Below, piece by piece: positions 56,964 to 64,000 of a stretch of 64,000 nucleotides of DNA. Both the position numbers and the translations under genes were made by a program. Source of the stretch: Eledone cirrhosa (taxonomy: Eukaryota); the NCBI GenBank assembly GCA_964016885.1, contig OZ024743.1, positions 121,024,001-121,088,000 of the forward strand, in the 5' to 3' direction. Under the pieces are notes generated by a model. The model was not told the DNA's origin. It saw nothing but the letters and a program-made list of their open reading frames with translations, and did not search any database. Numbering within the stretch: position 1 is the stretch's first letter; the number at the start of each line of letters is the position of its first letter.

Positions 56964-57707
56964 CACCAACATCGGTGTTGGTGAATTCTTTTAAGAAAAC
57001 AACAACAAAGAAGTTGGTTTGCAAACTCATGCTCGCCCCCCTCCCCCCCTGTTTCACGCCTGTCTCAACTAAGAGATGTTCTAGTTGCTTACAATTGACG
57101 CAATCATATATGAACCTATAAGCTCATTCAATCATGTAATGGACCTCTAAGCTCTGTAAACTTCTCAGGGAAAGCCAACTTCATGAGTATACACCAAAGG
57201 GCTTACCTATTGACTGTGTCAAAGACTTCATGTGATCAATAAAAGAATTGTACAGATCAAGCTGTTGCTGTGACCCGTTCGTTCTGATCGGAAAACAAAC
57301 AGATTCCAGCAGAAGGGTAGGTGGAATGTGCATCGGCAGATGATTAAGAAGAATACTGGAAAATATATTTCCATAAATTGATGATAAATAGATCCCATGG
57401 TAGTTGTCACAAACAACGTTGGTTTTCTTCTTCAAGAGGGATTCCAGAATGGCATCCTTCCACTCCTGTGGCATTGCATCCTTCAACCACACCCGGTGAA
57501 TGCGCATGGCTTAGTGGTTAGAGCATTAGGCTTGCAATCGAAAGGTTGTGAGTTCAATTCTCGGACCGGGTGATGTGCTGTTTCCTTAAGCAAGACACTT
57601 TATTTCACGTTTCTCCAGTTTACTCAGCTTCAGAAATGAGACGATAGGATACCTCCAATGAGATATACCTTGGAGGAGGCCAGCTAAACCTGCATAGGTA
57701 TAAGCTG

Positions 57708-57793
<86 letters not shown>

Positions 57794-59720
57794 GGTAGTT
57801 ATGCAACATATCGTTTACTTCAGGACCAATGTTCAGACGTCTCACGGCAGTCTTCTCCCCTTTCATCGGCTTGTTAATGACGGGAGTATACTCCAAGGCC
57901 TCACTCACGTCGGGACTGACGAGGGATGCCTGGCTTAGAAGGTCGTTAAAGCGATCACATGATCTTGCCTTGATATCATTACGCTTGAGCAGATCTTCGT
58001 TTCCATTCTTTGACGTCAGGGGGGACAAAGACTGTGGTGGCTGGGCCATATATTGTGCGCAGTTCGTGATATAATGATTTAGCATCTCATCTTTCTATCG
58101 AGCCTTGTATTTGATGCACATTATCGCTCCACCATAAATCGCTTACTGTTCTGATTTCGGGCTGCACCTGCGCCGTATATCCTTTGAACGCCTTCTCCAG
58201 CTGAGATGATTTTCTGCACCTTCATTCGATTATAACAAGAGCCTGTCCACACATTTTTTCTTTTCCTTTAGAAAGCCTTCCATTAGTGGTTTATTTGCAG
58301 TAAAGCAGTCCTGACGTTTTTTCTCTGCATAATGCCAAATCGTGGCAGTTGTTTGCTGAAAGACAAGCATGCATCATCACTTTAGTTTACTGACCTGCTT
58401 CTTGAAAGTTATTTCGTTTATCTGAGCACGCCAATTGCAAGACGTTTATACATCTCTATACCTTGATATCGCAAGTTTACCTCATCTTCCGAATACGGAC
58501 ACAGAAAGTTGCTTTTAAGAAACGGTGATCCGTCAACACTCTGCCCCTCTCATACAAATGTTCAACAGAGAGATATGAAATTATACAATTCATTACTTGT
58601 TACTATCACATTTTCTGTAATATCCCAATGACGTGAATTTGGGTGCATCCAGGTCTCCTGGTACTTGTTCTTTTGTCTGAACTATATGTTTCCAATGACA
58701 AAATCAGATTCCGGACCTACCTGCAACAGAAGTCCATTCCTCTTGTACCTTCCAATTACATGTAATAGATTCACACCCGACACGAGCATTCAAATCACCC
58801 AACACTAAAAGTTTGTCATCCTTATTTTTCAAGACTATTCGCATATTTGCGTAAAATGTATCTATTTCTGCTCGGGTAATTACAAGATATGGAACACACA
58901 CACAGACCAAAGTTCTGATTTAATGTGGAGCGGCAATCTAAGTGCCATAATCGAATCGGAGACACCATTCAGAAGCACCAGAGAGGTTCTTAGAACAAAA
59001 CCCACCTCGGCCTTTGTTTAATAAAGTATATCCTGAGTCTGTTTTTTCTAGCTGGCCATCATCAGGTAGCCGCATTTCAGAGTGAGCGACAATATCCAGT
59101 TAATACCCCTGAAATTCTTTATAGATAACAGCAGTTCGACATTCACAAGGATTTGAAGCTGGTAAATCCAATAGCATGCGCAAGTTTCAGACACATTTTT
59201 CGATGTCATTGAAGATTTATTCTGTCCACTGTTTGTCTTGGTAGTCTGGTCAGCCTAGATATGGGCAAAGTTTGTTTCGACCACCTTTTCTGGGTTACTT
59301 CTGGTTAGCAGATGAGTAGTGCTACTCCTGGAAAGGGCTATTCAGTCACTTGGGGTGCTGCCGAGTCGTACAATTGCCTATGTCTGGAAACAAAACGATC
59401 AATATCCAAGTCGCCCACGTGTTAGCTTGCTATTACGTACTTTAAGGTTGTTAAACATGTGCACATCACAAACCTCCCCAATGCTGACTATTTTTTGAAT
59501 GAAACGTTTTCTGTTATCCGTTCAGGGTCTAAGACGTTTCTGTGTGTGAACTTGATTCTGGTGGACCTGGCTTGCACAGAACCACGTCCACTTTTCAGAC
59601 AAAACCAGCAGGAAAAGCTAATGACCCAACATAGTTTAGGGCAACCAGTAACTGATTCATCCTCAGGTTTTCTACTAGAGTTTCTCTCGCTTAGTATAAT
59701 TTTGGGTGGCCGCTAACTGT
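56960..59720 (-). pseudogene. RTE LINE 5' part (UTR, APE endonuclease, RT motifs 0-4)
   Basis: DKLLVLGDLNARVG; TWMHPNSRHW; MPQEWKDA...CDNYHGIYLSSIYGNIF; FDTVNR*ALW; GVKQG. Confidence 0.9.
57502..57792 (+). mobile_element. CORE-like tRNA SINE with (CA)n tail, nested in the RTE LINE
   Basis: TGGCTTAGTGGTTAGAGC...GAGTTCAATTC; CCTTAAGCAAGACACTTTATTTCAC. Confidence 0.7.
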
Positions 59721-60800
59721 TGTGTTCCTCCGCCATTTCACCGGTTTTGGTTTTTCTCCCTCAAAATATCCCAAATATCACGATCTTCACCAAGCTAGCT
59801 TCATGGGATTGTCAAATTAGTCGCCGAGGATCCGATCATGCAACAGCTTATACTAGGTTACATATTACCAGTTGCGCTCGAGTGCGACCTCACATACATG
59901 CATGCATACATACATACCTACATGATGATGATGGCTGCCCCCTCGTTATCGAGTATGGCCATTGCACGTTATACCATTATTAATAATTATTAATTAATTC
60001 TATCGTGCAATGCCTGTGCGTGAAGATATATTTTAAAGTGAGGAAAGACTGTGCATGCATACATGCATACATACATACATATCTACCTAGTTGATGGTGT
60101 GTAAATTCCAATGAGAGAGTCTTGTGTCTACGTTAGAAACCGTCTCTCTCTCTATTGGCAAACATTTGTGAAATTATAAAACCAGAAGAACATACATACA
60201 TATATACACACCTAAATATATCGCCGAATACATATGAGTTGGTATAAGTGGACTACACATTATTTTGTCGTCATTACACGTCATACACGTTATTTTTCCG
60301 TCAAAAATATCTCGCCACTAATACAACACTGGAAAAATCATTATCTTCTTTGGCTAAAGCCAAATGAGTCCATCTAAACCAATTTTAGAAGTAATCATGC
60401 CATAAATTGATCTTGTAAATAACATGTGTGTGATTAAAGACAGAAAACATATCGTAGTTTGTAGAACTATCGAAAGGAATTTCAATACACTTTTGAATCA
60501 AAACATACCAGGTGATTACATGAAGAGGGAGAATTGCTATTTGTAATATGAAACTTCTGCTTTACCCATGCTTCATTATAAAGTACTTGTGCCACTAAGA
60601 CGAATTCATTCAGAAGAGATACGGCAAAATTAGCCATCATAAATTGTACACCGTATCAGTATATCTATTGTGAGGAGGACGAGAGAGAGATGGAGGTGAT
60701 GGCAGTGGGTGTTCGGCTCTTCCGTGTTCGGACACATTGCACCTGTTATGATTTTATCATACATAGGTTTATTTTTCTCTTATTATTTTCCTTACTTAGA

Positions 60801-60990
60801 GGGCGGTGGATTGGCAGTATCAGTAGAGGGTCGGACGCCATGCTTTCCAGCATAGTTACGTCCCTTTACGATCTGAGTTCAAATCCCGCCGAGGTTGACT
60901 TTGCCTTTCATCCTTACGGGGTCGATAAAATAAAGTACCAGTAATGCACTGGGTAATTGCTGGCCTTGTGCCTAAAGTAGAAACAATTAT
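60801..60990 (+). mobile_element. Young full-length SINE with ~19-bp TSD
   Basis: ATTATTTT(C/T)CTTACTTAGA at 60782-60800 and 60986-61004. Confidence 0.95.
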
Positions 60991-61639
60991 TTTTCTTACT
61001 TAGAAGATACAGTAACGTTAATGGCGGAGAAAGAAAAAAATTTCACAAGACATTGACAGGAGAGCAAATTTTACATCAGATACATCATCAATATAACCTA
61101 TCATTATTCACACCAATAGATTTTGTTCGCGAAAAAATTACTTAAACCCCGAATCGCGACTAAATTAAAAACGGTAACAATAATACTGCTGCGTTAACAC
61201 GGACACATTTACAGAGGAATAGAAATCAGTGAAGATTACAAACAACTTGAAACATAGCTCACAGAAAAATCGAAGCAGAACTTCACTATTTACATCGATA
61301 AACCACTAAACAAAACAACGATTATAACACGAGTCGATAGGAAAACCTACTGACTTGATATTATTCGTGATCGATCAAGCTGCTAAAGAACACCTAGCAC
61401 AAATTGAAGCTCCCAGCTTTTGAACATTAAATGTTCTACTATATTGTCTTGCAATTATTATTCGCCAGCAGATAAGAGAACAGAGATCGATTGAAATGAA
61501 ACATACAACCGAAATGGATCAACTCACTTCAAAGAAAAATTGACAATCTGCGGGGGAAAATGAGAGAATTCGATACTATCATCAAATGCGATGTAAATAA
61601 AGTATTCATGAACTAACCAGCTTCAACTGTATAATAGAC

Positions 61640-61810
61640 ATTCCAAATGTATGGGAACACTTAGCTGCTGTTAGTACTAATTTTCAGTTGAATGAACTAG
61701 AGCAACGGGAAATGGAGTACATTGATCAAAGATAAAGTAGTTAGTCGATCTGGAAATCGAACTGATGACTTAAGGATTGTGAACCAAACACCCTAACCAT
61801 TAGGCTTTGC
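61640..61810 (-). mobile_element. Degraded CORE-like tRNA SINE
   Basis: Minus strand GCCTAATGGTTAGGGTG...CAGTTCGATTTCC. Confidence 0.5.
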
Positions 61811-63347
61811 ATTTTCATGCCACTTTGCTACGGTCTCTAGATGGGACAGTTGCGACAAGTCCACCACGGGAAACAATTGCATTTCATTCGTTTACAATTC
61901 GGTTGTCAGTCATTTAAGCACACACCTGCTCCACCGTCTACTTGAACCACTACTCGTCATTACTGGTGGTAATGGTCATCTTGTACTTCCTCGTTGTGCG
62001 TAGTTCGCAATAATAGACCAATTGTCGTCACAACATCGAATAGCAGCAGGACACCGTCACCGGCTCTGGTTTGGAATTATTGCTGTTTCTAAACATCAAA
62101 TAATCAGCTGGCACTTATATCTGAATTTTCGAAAGCGGTTTTGTGCGTTGTTATCAGATTGAAAACCGTTCTGAGAATTTCTTCTCGTCTTTCCTTTGTT
62201 GTTTTAAATGGCTGACATGTAGAGACCGAACATTCCATCGCAACATTTGCTGCCTTCTCCACATTATCGTTTTTTTTTTTTATGATATGCAGTTGTGCAC
62301 ATGCGGCTAACGATATTAGTGAACAAGATATGGTGAGAGCGGATGAAGTCGAAACATTGAAATCAGTTGTTACCTCATCGATCCTGTCAGTATTTATATG
62401 CTCGTTTCAAACCATTCAATTTGAAACCTATGTAAAATTCCACATTTGTCATGATATACAATGTTAAACACAACAAACAATTATGATCGAAGGAAGAAAT
62501 ATTGTGTTTCTCCATAACTAATAGGGTTCATCATGGAGTCACAACAAGAAAGAGGTGCAAACTGAGAGGAGATTATATCCATGAATTTGAAAATCGATAA
62601 ATGCCATAAATACTAAATTTAGCTAGAAGAGGTGTACAGGTAAATGTAAAAATATATATTCCAGACTAGCAAATTCTTCAGGATTTAAACTCAAGACCGG
62701 GCATTAATATTTTCTGACTCTGTACTAGTTTTATATGGATTGTGTTTTATATGGATGTTAAAACCATTTCTCATCCATAGCATTTCAAATAGAACATAGC
62801 TTTTATTTTTATATCTGGGAATGTTATTTTTATATCTAGATCAGCTTGAAAGAAAATAAACCGACCTTTTATACCTGAAGTGTAACATTATAAACGTTTA
62901 TCCTCTTTATCTTGCATAGCACAACTACCTTATCTACGAAAAGAAATGAAGCTTCATTCATTCTGCCACAATAAAAATGAAGTTACATTCTTCGTTCTAT
63001 ACCTCGAAGGTTCTCAGTAATTTTAATAGGGCCAATTATTGATGCTCGAAAGAGCTGTTCATTTTACAGCGGTATATAACAACTCCATTTTATATCCTGA
63101 TAATAGGGTATAATTTGGATCATATATATTATTAAAAGAATTATCTCAGGCCATGTAGGCACAGTAGACTAATTGGAATATCAAGGGACATGTAATGGGT
63201 ATCAAACAGAAGATAATTCTATTTTACTAGCATTAGATACACTCACGCAGGTATCGATTTTTGCCTCCCACTTTTTATTTCACATGAATATGACCTCACA
63301 GGGAGTAGCATTAATGGACAAAATAATACATACATGCACGCACACAT

Positions 63348-63405
<58 letters not shown>

Positions 63406-63418
63406 ATTTATATGCATG

Positions 63419-63450
<32 letters not shown>

Positions 63451-64000
63451 TATATATATGTGTGTATGTGTGTGTGTGTAAGTGTATTTTCGCGTTTGTG
63501 TGAGTTTGTGACAGAGAGAGAGAAAGTTAGAGAAAGAGAAAGAAATGCCTTCTATGTGTCCATGTTTTCTATAACAAGTGATCGACTGATTTGTGTACTC
63601 CATCCTGTACTAATGATCAGAATATAGTTAGAATTCATTCTTAACAAAAAATAGAATAATTCAAGAAATTTATAATGCTACCACTGAATATTGAGGTGAT
63701 GAAGCGAGGAAATTACATTTTTTTCATAATTGTAGGAGCTGCATTATTAGTGATCTGTTCAAAGAATACATAACTGACAATTGCCAGAAATTATTAGTTG
63801 GTGTTAGATGAAATCTTAGTCTGATAATGTATAATGACAAATTAAATAGCATGTACAAGAAAAATGTTTTTTAAAAGCACAACTAAATAAAGTAAAAGAA
63901 ATGTAACAGAAGGAACAACGGAAAGTTAAGGGGAATGTACCAGAAATAATTCACTTTGATTGCTATCTGTCAGTATCGTACACAAATTTCAGGGTCTGAC

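Noticed and set aside
60801-60890. SINE heads as genuine tRNA genes
   Set aside because: A/B boxes are present but there is no cloverleaf, and they are fused to a SINE body and tail.

Overview
AT-rich, repeat-saturated eukaryotic DNA, probably a cephalopod (Octopus-like); this is inferred from the tRNA-SINE family and the dense (TA)n/(CA)n microsatellites. No intact host gene is recognisable, and most of the supplied ORFs are microsatellite artefacts. Contents: a two-unit minisatellite (1-1312), about 16 copies of a tRNA-derived SINE, a hAT MITE, a mariner remnant, RTE and L1/Tx1 LINE remnants, bipartite RTE-derived elements, and Penelope-like element (PLE) remnants with GIY-YIG domains. The main signal is about 20 type I hammerhead ribozyme (HHR) motifs from roughly 11 sequence families. 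They lie in inverted or tandem pseudo-LTR (pLTR)/retrozyme-like units, mostly embedded in (TA)n tracts. Several families carry a compensatory U3-A8 core instead of C3-G8, long stem II insertions, or palindromic stem III. One family forms a 324-nt HHR-to-HHR tandem monomer (candidate circular retrozyme). Many families share a TTGAGTNC motif near the 3' end. A 7.4-kb nest of these elements splits an RTE LINE between RT motifs 4 and 5. All RNA structures were paired by eye, not computed.
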